In this document: positions 43,123 through 54,174 of the stretch, piece by piece
How the letters are laid out: every line of letters starts with the position of its first letter
How positions within the stretch are numbered: position 1 is the stretch's first letter
DNA from: a virus
Direction: 5' to 3' (one strand)
IMG/VR virus record: IMGVR_UViG_3300046170_000299
Length of the DNA stretch: 64,000 nucleotides
The notes under the pieces: model-generated
What the model was told of the DNA's origin: nothing
Databases searched by the model: none
The model's input: the letters and a program-made list of their open reading frames with translations, nothing else
Program-made: the position numbers and the translations under genes

Positions 43123-43623
43123 ATGGCAACTACAACCGAAAAATTTGATTCTAAAGGTGGATTTGCTATCGGCAAAACTGTTATTGTTGATGAAGAAAGA
43201 AATGCAAAAGATTTTAATACTCTAGAAGTAAAGAACAGGCATTTCACAGATAGTTCACAAACTCGTTATATTTTACGAGGTCTTAACACCTCTACTCTTG
43301 ACTTGGATGGATTAGGAACAAAAATTCCTATTGCAAATTCTACTTTAAATTTTGTCACAGGAAACATCATTGCAGTTAATGATTCAGGAACTGTATATGC
43401 TGTCAAATTTGAGACTGCGGTCTCATGTGATGGATCAGGAAATGTAAATATTATGTCTAGTTTCCAAACAGTAATTAAAGATGATATCCCTACAGGTGAA
43501 ACTTGGGGGATTGAACCTACTGGTGGAACAAACGTTTTTAGCTATAACACAGTAAGAGCTGGTACAACTGCAACTATTAAGTGGGTTTCATCCACAGAAG
43601 TTATCAGTATTGCATGGGCTTGA
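43123..43623 (+). CDS. virion-associated hypothetical protein
   Basis: ORF track; position between fibre genes. Confidence 0.7.
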   Translation: MATTTEKFDSKGGFAIGKTVIVDEERNAKDFNTLEVKNRHFTDSSQTRYILRGLNTSTLDLDGLGTKIPIANSTLNFVTGNIIAVNDSGTVYAVKFETAVSCDGSGNVNIMSSFQTVIKDDIPTGETWGIEPTGGTNVFSYNTVRAGTTATIKWVSSTEVISIAWA

Positions 43624-43667
43624 TGCTAAATATAGAATAGGAAAAAAGTCAAAAGCACGGGAACACC

Positions 43668-46600
43668 ATGAGTTTTCATATTAATTCCGATAAAGAAAAG
43701 ATTAGGGGCGTAAATCCTAAACTTATCGGTGATAATGAAGCCACGATTAGAGTTGGCACAGGAGCAGACGAAAAAGAAGTCTTGCGAACTGAGTTAGACT
43801 CTACTACGCAATTACCCCGTGTCGGTATTAACCGAACTGGGCAAAGAGTTAATAATATCGTTCTCGACACTGCAGGTAGCGGATTTACTGTAAACCCAAC
43901 AGTAACTATCGGACCTCCTAATGTTGCTGGTGGTATACAAGCTCTTGCTTCCGCATTTACTTTTAATGGCAAAGTAACTACAATTGCTGTTAATAATCCT
44001 GGTAGTGGATATACCACTGCTCCAATTGTTACTATTTCTGAAGGTGGTGGTTCTGGTGCTACTGCTACTGCTTTCCTTGATACTGTTGATTATGAACTTG
44101 ATATTAATGGTGCTATTAGAACATCTACGTCTATCATTTCTGATACGGCAAGAATTCTAAACCTAGATATTGACAACTTTATTACTCCAGATGCTAACTT
44201 CAGGGGTCCAAACCTGAAGAATTACATGAATAACACAGGCATTTTATGGTCTGCTAATGTTATTCTACAAAAAGATTCTTACAGATATTTTGGAGCTAAT
44301 GTTTATCAAGCACTAAACACTGGTCAAACTGGTTCTGAAGCTCCAGAACATGTTGATGGTATCATCAAAAACGGTGATGTTGACTTCAAACACATTGGTT
44401 TCCGCGTCAACGATCCAAATGAGTTTAGATATAATGATACTGGAGACTCTGGTGTATTCCCAAGATCTATTACACCTCTATTGGGTGATAGATCAGACAA
44501 GATTGCTACTACAGAATACGTCCTTAACCTAGCAACGAATGACGTTGGTGGTCGTATTTACGTTTCACAACAGATTGGTTCTGACCTCAATGATGGTCGA
44601 TCTGCTGTAAACCCTGTTAGAACAATTAAAAAAGCAGCACAAGAGGCATGGAAAACGCCTGGTGTTAAAGAAACTATTATTGTATCTGGTGGTGATTATG
44701 TAGAAGATAACCCAATTTCACTACCACCCGATTCTTCCATCGTTGGTGATAACCTACGTTTGGTCATCATTCGTCCTGCTAATCCTGGCAAACACATTGT
44801 TAAGTTTGGTGATAAGAACTATGTAATTGGTGTTACTTATCGTGACCAAATTGATTCCAATGGCGATGCAGTTGCTACTTGGGATTTTGCTATGGTCTTT
44901 GACGATAAGCAAAGAGTTATCGTTGACAGAGAAGCTAATGGTGATTTTGGTACATCATTCCCAGTTGGTCATCAAATTTTTGGACCACAGCAGTTCCGTG
45001 TTTCTTTCCAAAACAATACAGGTCTTGCTACATTAGTATCTGGTTTAATTGTAAAAGGTGTTAACACTGGTTCTAGAGCAAAAATATTTGACGTTAAATT
45101 TGCAACTACAATAGGTGCTAGTGCATATGTAAATGGTACAATTGATGTCCAATTACAATCTGGTTCCTTTGTTGAAGGTGAGCAATTCTCATATATCACA
45201 TCTGCTGGTGCAGGTAGTGCTATCAACCTTGCTATTACTGGTCAACAGGGACCAAACACTTTACGATTTACACAAGATCCCACTGGAACTATTCCTGGTG
45301 GTACGGTAGTACAATTAGTAGGAACACCATCCACAGGTAATGCTTTTACAGGATTCTATGAAGTTTCTGCGATTGATTCTACGCAATCTGCAAGTAATAT
45401 TTGGGATGTAACATTCTTCCCAATTCTAAATGCTCCCACATGGGATGCAACTGGTGTTGGTGGTACATATGCAATCAATCAAGCTACTGCACAAACTGAA
45501 AATATTGACACTACTGCTATTAAATCAATTCGAGCAGAAGGTGAGGTTGTAGCAGTAGATGAAGATTACACCACAACTCTACCTATTTCTAGACTTGATT
45601 TCTCTTTACAAGGAGATCCAAGTATTACAACAGGTGGTTTCCAAAATGCTCAGTTTGGTAATGCAGAAGATCTTGGTGGTGTTATCTTTTATACTAACGC
45701 ACTAGTTGGTAGAACAAATACTCACGAGTTTAAAGAAGGTCAGGAAATTTTAATTGAAAATCTTCCTACTTCAAACCCTGACTTATCAGTTCTAAATGGT
45801 AAGCAAAGAATTTATAAAGTCTTAGAAGATGCAGATGGTCGCTGCAGAAGATTTGTAATTCCTAAAAAAGTTCCATCTATCACAGATGCTAACTTAGATC
45901 CTGGTCAATTTGCAACTGTTAAGAGTTTTTCAAAAGTAGTTACTCTATCACTACTAAACTCACCAAACACATTCCCTCTATCTACTCCTGTAGAAAGAAG
46001 ATTCCAAGATGCTTGTGTATTCCTACGTAATAACAGAGAGTTTATTGCAGATGAAGTTGTAGGAAGAATCAATAGACAATTTGCTAAAGACTATTATCAA
46101 GTATCTGAAATTACTGGTGGTGGAGATACATTTAAAGTATTCTTAGGTCAGACTCCAGTAACTCATACTTATGTTTCTGGTGGTACAGTTAAATTTGAAA
46201 ATACAACTGTAAATATTACTAACTTTAGTTATGATAATATCATAACGGGTTATGCAACTATCACTGTAGATTCTGCTTTATCAACTTTGGTAGAAGATGA
46301 TACCATTAAGTTAGCAGACATTCTACTATCATGTGAAGCAGGTCAAAAAACTTATCCTTCTTATAGTTCTCCAACTAGTGGAGATAACACAGGAAGTGAC
46401 GGTGATGAGCAATGCCGTCAAGACGTTATTCACTTTGTTAATGCTCTAGTAAGAGATTTAGAATTTGGTTCAAACTTCAATATTATTGAAGCAGCTAAGA
46501 AGTATATTCTTGGTGGTGATATTGCATACATCAAGGATGAAATTGTTCAAAACTTCCGTGCGATTGAATATGCACGAGAACTTTGTATCCTTGCAATGAG

Positions 46601-49600
46601 AAACTGGAGAACTGGTGACGGTACTCCATCAGATCCAATTTATTCTCCTGTATATTCTTCTGTAACAAGATACTTTGATGATACAGTCATCACAGCAACT
46701 GCGGGTACTCCAGCTTGTGCTGACGTTAAATCTGCAATTGATACTTTATCATTCCTTTGGGTTGATCTTATTACTAAGAATCAAAATGGAACTTATCTGG
46801 ATGCTGCATACTTAATTGAAAGGAATAAGTATCTAATTGCTGATCAAGCATTACGTGATACATTAGGTCAGTTCCCATTATTCTCACTTGATAACACAAA
46901 CGAAAGAAAATGTAAAAGAGATCTTGGTATTACGTTAAGTAATCTAGCAAAAGATTTAACATTTGGTGGTAATGAGAATATTGTTATAGCTGCTGAATCT
47001 TACTTTACGCAAACTGCTTTAACTGGTATTCCAGAAGCACAAAGAGCAGAAACTATCTTTGCATATCAAAGAGCTAAAACATATGCTATCGCAGCAATGC
47101 GTAACTGGACTGATGGATCATATGTTGATCTCACTCCAACTAACGCAACATACAATGCTTCTACTGGTGCATTAGAGGTAATCTTCCCTGATCCTCTCAT
47201 TGCTCCTAGTGTAGGTGACAGAATTGCTTTTAAAGAAGATGCTCTAAATTGGCAGTGTACTTATAATGGTGTAACTGGTCAACATCCTGGTCCTGCAAAA
47301 ACTGATCCTACTTATGGAAAGAGTTTTGAAATTACACAGGTTCAATCTTCTGGTGGTGTAACCACAATTTCAACTAACGTTGGTGATGCAGGCGCTGCTT
47401 CTGGTTCATCACATTCATTTGTAAGTGCAGTAACAGATGGAACTATTATTGTTTACAATCCTACTGTACTAACTTCACCTATTCCAAGATTTGAAGATTG
47501 GAATATTCTTCCAGATCCAAATGCAGGCGCTCCAGTAGCACAGTATACACCATCAACAGCTACCTATAATCCTGCTAATGGTGACTTCACAATGACTGTG
47601 ACAGGTCATAGTGTTACTACAAGCAATAGTATCAGTCTTTCTCCAGAATCATTCACATTTACATGTGCAATGGACGGTAACGCCACTGAGCATAGTCTAC
47701 CTCAATCTGGTCAAACTGCATATGGAAATGCTCTGGCAGTAACATCAACATCTGCAGATACATTTACAATTAACGTTGGTGCTTCAGGTCCTGATCAACA
47801 GTGGACTCCAAGTGATGCAACTTATGATCCTGCTACAGGTGCTCTAGTTCTAACTATTGGTACTGGTCATGGACTTAGTATTGGTGAAGGTGTTGTACTT
47901 GATACTGATAGTCTATCGTTCACATGTACGATGGATGGAAATACTGCTACTAAAACATATCCAAGAGCAGGTCATGACCCATACGCATCAAGATCTATAC
48001 CTATTGATAGTGTAAGTGATACAACTATTACATTAAACGTAGGTGTATCTCCTGCAAATAAATTACTTACTGCACAAACAGGAACTACCTACAATGCATC
48101 AACTGGTGAATTAGTTCTAGAACTTGGAACTCAGCATGGTCTTGCAGTTGGTAAAGGAATTGTAATTGTAGATAATTCTCTAGCATTTACATGTGACTAT
48201 AATGGTGATGGTAATACAACTGTAGAAACATATCCAAGACCATCTGACCCAGCTTCAGGTGCATCTTTAAATATTACAGCAGTTTCTTCTAGTCAACATA
48301 CAGCTACTAATGCTGTTTACACGGCATCTAGCGGAAAGTTAGTTATAACAAGTGCTGGACATAATTTTGCAAATGGAGATTATGTAAAACTTGCTGATGA
48401 TAGTCTCACATTTACTTGTGATCTAGATGGAAATTCAGTAAACAAAACATATCCTCGTGCCAACTACGATAAGTTGAGTAACAAATGGGTACAAATTAGT
48501 AATGTAACTACCGATACTTTTGAAATTAATACTGGTCTTTCCTCTTACACAGGCACACATGCTTTTGTAAGTGCATCATCTAATGGCATAGAGAGACAAA
48601 CTGGAACTGTCACAGTTAACGTAGGAGCTGGTGGTGCTGCTTCTGGTGAAGCACACACTTTTGTAAGTGGAGCTGTAGGGTCAATTACTCAGATTTCACA
48701 ATCTGCACATACATTCGTAACTGCTTCAACTAATTGCCTCAAGCATTTACCACAATCTGCACATACATTTGTTAGAACAACTAACAACTCTGTACTTGTA
48801 TACAGCACGGGACAAACTTCACAATGTTCTAACGTTGCTTCTTCCATCAATACATCTATGGATCTTTTTGAAGATATCTTAGATGGAACAGTTCTTTCTG
48901 GTTCTACATCTAGAACTAGCAATGCTCTATATGATACTTCACAAATTATTTCGTATCCAGATAACTTTGTTTCTGATGCTAATAATAACAGACTAGCAAT
49001 TCGTGGTGACTATGATGATTATCCAATCATCGAAGCATCTCCATATACCCAAAACGCATCTGTTATCTCCTTCCTAGGTGGTGGCGGTGCCGAAGTTGAT
49101 GGTGATAAAGTTAAACAACCTAACTGTCCTTTCCCTGGTCTTGAATTAGACGGAACAGCATCCTTCCCCAATCAGGGTAAGTCGATGGTTGCATCTGCAT
49201 TCACGATTGTATCTTTTGGTGGTACAGGATATAAGGTTATCAACGATGGTTATACTCAGTTAGTTTCTGTCTTCGTTATCTTCTGTGCTGATGGTGTTCT
49301 TGCTGAATCTGGTGGTTACTGCTCAATCACTAACTCTGCTACCAACTTTGGTACATTTGCATTAAGAGGTATAGGTTTCCGTAAGGACCCATATGCATTT
49401 GATATTGCAACGATTTCAAATGTTTCTTCTACTCCTACTGGCAGAACTATCCTAACACTTAGTGGACTTGGTAGAGAACCATTAGAGCATTATGTTGTTA
49501 AGATTGATGGATATAGAAACACTAATGTAGATATTGAATACTTTGTTGATGTTGTAGCTGGAGTTACAGTTGGTCCTCCTTTCTCTGCACAATTAACTAT

Positions 49601-52600
49601 TGATGATGGCACAGGTGGTGCCATGGATCTTACAGATATAGCAACTGGTCAGGCAGTATCTACCAGTGTTCTGTCTGGTAAAACAATTAACCTACACAGA
49701 CCATCGATTGTTAACTCTTCTTCTCATACGTGGGAATTTGCAGGTTCAGGAACTAACTACCTAGCTCTTCCTGAGAACGGTGGTACTAAAGTCGAAGCAT
49801 ACGAACAGGTATCTGAAAACTACGGTCGTGTATATGTTTCTGGTACTGATGAACTTGGTGACTTTAAGGTTGGTACTTTCGCTAGAATCGAAAACAGAAC
49901 TGGTAACATTACCTTTACTGGTACGGTTACGATCTCTGAAGTTGAATTCTTGAAACTGAAAGGTGGTGACGTTGTTGTTACTGGTTTTGACGCATCCAAC
50001 ACACTTGGTGGTGCTAACTCTAGTGACTCTAAACTACCTACACAAAAGGCAGTTAAAGATTATATCACTAATGCTTTAGGACCTTACATCAACAAACCAT
50101 ATTCTACGAACGCTGTTCCTAGAGCATTGGTTGAACTTACTGATTCTGGTAAGATCTCTATTGATCAGATTCCAGCACTCAGACCATTCAGTGTCTTCAC
50201 TGTTGCAAACCAAACAGAAAGAACTGCACTAGAAGGAGCACTTGCTGGTGACATTGCAATTCAACAGGATACATCAACATCATTCATTCTAAACAATGAT
50301 AATGATAGTCTGTTCCTTGGATTTAACCCAGATCCTGCTTTAACATTCACCATCGGTGACATCCTTACTGGTAGTTTAACTACTGGACGCATTCAATCAA
50401 CTGAATATAGAAAAGGTGTTGTATTCCAAATCAATATTAGTAACGGTGGTTCTGGATATACTGTTGCTCCTGTAGTTACATTTGCTGGTGGTAACCCAGA
50501 AGCTGGTGCAGTTTCTGCAGCTGCTACTTGTACTATTGCTAATGGTCAAGTTGTTACTGTTACTATTAATGACTTTGGTGGATTCCGAGGTGGTAAAGGA
50601 TATACTACTGCTCCCACTATTACATTTGCTGCTCCTACTGGAGCTGGTACACAAGCACAAGGTAATGCTCTAATTGAGAGCAGAATATATGGTGATATCG
50701 TCAACAACATTAAGATAGAAGACACTGATACTGTTGATGATAGTGCAACACCTACTGCTAATACAATTAACATTAGTAGAGTTGTAAATACATCTTCCTT
50801 CGATGCTAACAACTGGGTATCACTATCTTCCAATCAGATTGCTGCTTCCGATATTACATCTGGTGTTATTGAAACAGACAGACTTGCAATTGGTGGATCT
50901 GCAAACTCCTTCACATTCTTAAGAGGTGATTCTAGCTTTGCACTAGCAATGCAGTCACTCAAAGGTGCAGAAAGCAGATACTTTGCAAGATTGGCATCTC
51001 AGTGTACTACAGGATCATCTCAGATGATCTTCACTACAAACTCTGATGTTCTTATTGGTCATGAAGTTAAGAATACTGTAAGTGGTATTCAGACTAATAC
51101 AAACATTACTGGTGTTATTACTGCAGCTGGTCTAACTACGATCTCTCTAAACAACCCAGTCAATGCAACGATTCCTCTTGGAACAATCATTGAGTTTGAG
51201 CGTGGTGCATCTCCATTAACGTTCGAGTCAACATTCACTCAAGGTGGATTTGTTGATGACGTTATTATTTCTAACTCTGGTTCTGGTTATACCAACGGTC
51301 AATACTTTGATGTTTCGCTAACAGGTGGAACAGGAACTGGACTCAAGGTTAATATTGTTGTTGCTGGTAACGCTGTTACAGAAATTACTGTTACTGATGG
51401 TGGTACTGGATATAGTTCAGACTTTACTGTAACCTCTGCTCCTGGTGTCCTCGGTGCTGGATCCTCTCTTGTACTAGAATCAAAAGTTTCTACGGTCAAC
51501 AGACAGTATGCAAACGTATCTATTGACGTTCAGAGAGTTACTGATCTTACAATTTCTGCTGACCTTTACGGTACAATTGGTGTTTCTAGATATAAGAAAT
51601 CACAATTCAATCTTGGTCAGGCAGGAAATGGATCTGTTGAACTTAAGACTGGTGCAGATAGTGGACTTGATGCTGACTTACTAGACGGTGTACAAGGTAC
51701 ATTCTATCTGAATGCTAGTAACATGAGTGCTGGTACTCTATCTTCTGATAGATTAGCTGGAACTTACAACATCGCAATTTCTGGTACAGCAGGTAACACG
51801 ATTCGTGTTCTTACAGGTACTAACAACCCATCCTCTTCTCCTGCTCCTAACAACTTCAGTTCTGGTATTGTTGCTAACACAATCTTCAATAGTGCTAATG
51901 GACTAACTGATGGTGGCACCAGAAACATGACTGTAACCTTCAGAAATGGTGGTTCTGGTTTCGATGCTGGATTTGGTGGTGTAAGACAACTTGCATTCAC
52001 GGATAATGATAACATGTATCTCCGTGGATCTGGAACTGGTGTTGGATCTTTCGGTACATGGGCGAAGGTATGGACATCATTGAATGATGGTCTTGACTCT
52101 GGTCTTGACGCTGACAGACTTGACAATAGACAGGGTACTTGGTATCAAAATGCTCTAAACATTAATGAAGGAACTTTATCTGATAATAGACTTCCTAGAT
52201 TCATTAGTGGAACTAACTTTAGAGATAACGTAACTGTTAAAGGATTCCTTGGTGATCCTAAGTTCAGAATTTACTTCTCTGGAGTTATCCTCGACACATC
52301 TGCAACGGGAGTATTTGCTGCAGGTAATCCAATCAACTTGTATAACGCCAACGCACAAGCTGTTGGTAGTTTTGTTATTGATAGTGTTGTAACTAACGAT
52401 GATACAGCAGATAACTTTAACGACTTTACGATTCTAATTGGTAGACTCAACTCTGGTAACTTTGTTGGTGCTCTTACTGCTGGTAGTGCATCTAACAGAC
52501 AACCATTTGATGACTTTACTCTAGAAGATGGTAATACAGTAGACGTTGGTAAGATTGTTAACAACTCTGGATCTGGTGAACTAAAACTTGGAAGAACTGA

Positions 52601-54146
52601 TGGTCAAGCATCTAGTCCTGCAATTTACTTTAGATCTTCTCAGTTAGTATCAGCAACTCCAGATGATCACTATACTGCTAAATTTGAAGCAGCTGGTGGT
52701 AATGCTAGTTTAGGATCTGGTACTTTAGCATTGACAGTTCTAAATGCTGATGCATTTACTATCAATGGTCAGAAAGCATGGAACGAAGGTAACATTCAAT
52801 TTAGTAGTGCTAACCTTGGTAGTTATGCAGTACAACGTGATTCTGCTGGTAACTTCTCCGCTGGAACAATTACAGCATCTCTAACTGGTGCTGCATCACT
52901 CAACGTTCTGAAGACTGGTGATACCATGACTGGTTCGCTTGTCCTGACTGGTGCAGGTTCTAACCTCACTGTTAGTGGAACAGCAACTGTTAATAATACA
53001 GCAACATTAACTGCTGATCTTAATGTTGACAACTACACATTATTCGTTGATGCTTCTGAGAATAAGATTGGTATTGGCGAGACTGTATTTACTAACCGTG
53101 CTGGTGAGTCATACGTTAAGTTGAGAATTAGACCTTCTAACTTCAATGGTTATGGTGGTGTTCATGGAATGGACATTGCTCAGTTTAATGGTAACTGGGT
53201 AGATGGTTCTGGTGGTGCTGATTCTCAGTATGGTCTTGCATTAACTTATAACGATGCTGTAAGAGGTGGTCTACTTTATGACCATAGAGGCAGTGAGAGA
53301 ATGGCACTTTGGTCTTCTTATGGACGCATTTCGTTCATGGTTGATCCTGGCAGAAGTGGTAACGAGGTTCCAATAACTGTTGGAACTGAGGCAATGACCA
53401 TTGATTATAATGGATCAGTTGGTATTTCAACTTCAACTCCAAGTTCTAGCTTTAAGTTAGATGTTAATGGTACATCCAGATTTAGAAATTATGTTACGTT
53501 AGATTCCGCTAATGATAACTCTGGTGCTGGTATGTACTTCTTAGGTTCCTCTAGTCAGAGAAACTTCAGAATTGGTAATCAGATTGGACATAGCAACGCA
53601 TTTGAAATTACTGCATCAACTGCTGGTGGTGGACAATCTTGGAATGGAACTCCTGCATTCTTAGTTAAGGGTGATAATAGAATTGCAATTAACACTAATG
53701 CAACTTCTGGAACAGACCCAACTAATAACCAGAGTAGAAACTACCAATTAAATGTTCAAGGTGATATTAACTTGAATGGTCAGTTCTTCCAGAACAACCA
53801 AGAGTTTGTAACATCTAGATGGACAGAAGCTTCTAACGGCAATGACATCTATAGATTGTCCAAAGTTGGCGTTAAGAAACAAGATCCTACATACGACTTA
53901 CATGTCCTTGGATCTACAAACATCGAAGGTCAAACTTTCGTTAACCAAGCAAACACCAGCGTTCTTTACGCTAACGGCGTAAGGCAGTGGATCGACTCCT
54001 ACGGTATCTTCAAAGCAAACAGTCAAGTTGTTGCTGAGAACATTACTGTTCCTAATGGAACAAACTGTGGTAGTTTTGGTCCTATCACTATAAATAACAA
54101 TATTGTGATCACAGTTGCTGATGGCGGTAGCTGGAACATCGTCTAA
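43668..54146 (+). CDS. giant tail-fibre-like protein (3492 aa)
   Basis: Intact ORF; G/T/S-rich repeats, DADLLDG/DADRLD repeats, C-terminal ENITVPNG.NCGSFGPITI motif; CTAAATA at 43626. Confidence 0.85.
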   Translation: MSFHINSDKEKIRGVNPKLIGDNEATIRVGTGADEKEVLRTELDSTTQLPRVGINRTGQRVNNIVLDTAGSGFTVNPTVTIGPPNVAGGIQALASAFTFNGKVTTIAVNNPGSGYTTAPIVTISEGGGSGATATAFLDTVDYELDINGAIRTSTSIISDTARILNLDIDNFITPDANFRGPNLKNYMNNTGILWSANVILQKDSYRYFGANVYQALNTGQTGSEAPEHVDGIIKNGDVDFKHIGFRVNDPNEFRYNDTGDSGVFPRSITPLLGDRSDKIATTEYVLNLATNDVGGRIYVSQQIGSDLNDGRSAVNPVRTIKKAAQEAWKTPGVKETIIVSGGDYVEDNPISLPPDSSIVGDNLRLVIIRPANPGKHIVKFGDKNYVIGVTYRDQIDSNGDAVATWDFAMVFDDKQRVIVDREANGDFGTSFPVGHQIFGPQQFRVSFQNNTGLATLVSGLIVKGVNTGSRAKIFDVKFATTIGASAYVNGTIDVQLQSGSFVEGEQFSYITSAGAGSAINLAITGQQGPNTLRFTQDPTGTIPGGTVVQLVGTPSTGNAFTGFYEVSAIDSTQSASNIWDVTFFPILNAPTWDATGVGGTYAINQATAQTENIDTTAIKSIRAEGEVVAVDEDYTTTLPISRLDFSLQGDPSITTGGFQNAQFGNAEDLGGVIFYTNALVGRTNTHEFKEGQEILIENLPTSNPDLSVLNGKQRIYKVLEDADGRCRRFVIPKKVPSITDANLDPGQFATVKSFSKVVTLSLLNSPNTFPLSTPVERRFQDACVFLRNNREFIADEVVGRINRQFAKDYYQVSEITGGGDTFKVFLGQTPVTHTYVSGGTVKFENTTVNITNFSYDNIITGYATITVDSALSTLVEDDTIKLADILLSCEAGQKTYPSYSSPTSGDNTGSDGDEQCRQDVIHFVNALVRDLEFGSNFNIIEAAKKYILGGDIAYIKDEIVQNFRAIEYARELCILAMRNWRTGDGTPSDPIYSPVYSSVTRYFDDTVITATAGTPACADVKSAIDTLSFLWVDLITKNQNGTYLDAAYLIERNKYLIADQALRDTLGQFPLFSLDNTNERKCKRDLGITLSNLAKDLTFGGNENIVIAAESYFTQTALTGIPEAQRAETIFAYQRAKTYAIAAMRNWTDGSYVDLTPTNATYNASTGALEVIFPDPLIAPSVGDRIAFKEDALNWQCTYNGVTGQHPGPAKTDPTYGKSFEITQVQSSGGVTTISTNVGDAGAASGSSHSFVSAVTDGTIIVYNPTVLTSPIPRFEDWNILPDPNAGAPVAQYTPSTATYNPANGDFTMTVTGHSVTTSNSISLSPESFTFTCAMDGNATEHSLPQSGQTAYGNALAVTSTSADTFTINVGASGPDQQWTPSDATYDPATGALVLTIGTGHGLSIGEGVVLDTDSLSFTCTMDGNTATKTYPRAGHDPYASRSIPIDSVSDTTITLNVGVSPANKLLTAQTGTTYNASTGELVLELGTQHGLAVGKGIVIVDNSLAFTCDYNGDGNTTVETYPRPSDPASGASLNITAVSSSQHTATNAVYTASSGKLVITSAGHNFANGDYVKLADDSLTFTCDLDGNSVNKTYPRANYDKLSNKWVQISNVTTDTFEINTGLSSYTGTHAFVSASSNGIERQTGTVTVNVGAGGAASGEAHTFVSGAVGSITQISQSAHTFVTASTNCLKHLPQSAHTFVRTTNNSVLVYSTGQTSQCSNVASSINTSMDLFEDILDGTVLSGSTSRTSNALYDTSQIISYPDNFVSDANNNRLAIRGDYDDYPIIEASPYTQNASVISFLGGGGAEVDGDKVKQPNCPFPGLELDGTASFPNQGKSMVASAFTIVSFGGTGYKVINDGYTQLVSVFVIFCADGVLAESGGYCSITNSATNFGTFALRGIGFRKDPYAFDIATISNVSSTPTGRTILTLSGLGREPLEHYVVKIDGYRNTNVDIEYFVDVVAGVTVGPPFSAQLTIDDGTGGAMDLTDIATGQAVSTSVLSGKTINLHRPSIVNSSSHTWEFAGSGTNYLALPENGGTKVEAYEQVSENYGRVYVSGTDELGDFKVGTFARIENRTGNITFTGTVTISEVEFLKLKGGDVVVTGFDASNTLGGANSSDSKLPTQKAVKDYITNALGPYINKPYSTNAVPRALVELTDSGKISIDQIPALRPFSVFTVANQTERTALEGALAGDIAIQQDTSTSFILNNDNDSLFLGFNPDPALTFTIGDILTGSLTTGRIQSTEYRKGVVFQINISNGGSGYTVAPVVTFAGGNPEAGAVSAAATCTIANGQVVTVTINDFGGFRGGKGYTTAPTITFAAPTGAGTQAQGNALIESRIYGDIVNNIKIEDTDTVDDSATPTANTINISRVVNTSSFDANNWVSLSSNQIAASDITSGVIETDRLAIGGSANSFTFLRGDSSFALAMQSLKGAESRYFARLASQCTTGSSQMIFTTNSDVLIGHEVKNTVSGIQTNTNITGVITAAGLTTISLNNPVNATIPLGTIIEFERGASPLTFESTFTQGGFVDDVIISNSGSGYTNGQYFDVSLTGGTGTGLKVNIVVAGNAVTEITVTDGGTGYSSDFTVTSAPGVLGAGSSLVLESKVSTVNRQYANVSIDVQRVTDLTISADLYGTIGVSRYKKSQFNLGQAGNGSVELKTGADSGLDADLLDGVQGTFYLNASNMSAGTLSSDRLAGTYNIAISGTAGNTIRVLTGTNNPSSSPAPNNFSSGIVANTIFNSANGLTDGGTRNMTVTFRNGGSGFDAGFGGVRQLAFTDNDNMYLRGSGTGVGSFGTWAKVWTSLNDGLDSGLDADRLDNRQGTWYQNALNINEGTLSDNRLPRFISGTNFRDNVTVKGFLGDPKFRIYFSGVILDTSATGVFAAGNPINLYNANAQAVGSFVIDSVVTNDDTADNFNDFTILIGRLNSGNFVGALTAGSASNRQPFDDFTLEDGNTVDVGKIVNNSGSGELKLGRTDGQASSPAIYFRSSQLVSATPDDHYTAKFEAAGGNASLGSGTLALTVLNADAFTINGQKAWNEGNIQFSSANLGSYAVQRDSAGNFSAGTITASLTGAASLNVLKTGDTMTGSLVLTGAGSNLTVSGTATVNNTATLTADLNVDNYTLFVDASENKIGIGETVFTNRAGESYVKLRIRPSNFNGYGGVHGMDIAQFNGNWVDGSGGADSQYGLALTYNDAVRGGLLYDHRGSERMALWSSYGRISFMVDPGRSGNEVPITVGTEAMTIDYNGSVGISTSTPSSSFKLDVNGTSRFRNYVTLDSANDNSGAGMYFLGSSSQRNFRIGNQIGHSNAFEITASTAGGGQSWNGTPAFLVKGDNRIAINTNATSGTDPTNNQSRNYQLNVQGDINLNGQFFQNNQEFVTSRWTEASNGNDIYRLSKVGVKKQDPTYDLHVLGSTNIEGQTFVNQANTSVLYANGVRQWIDSYGIFKANSQVVAENITVPNGTNCGSFGPITINNNIVITVADGGSWNIV

Positions 54147-54174
54147 ATAGTAAAGGTAGGAGATCCTATTATCC

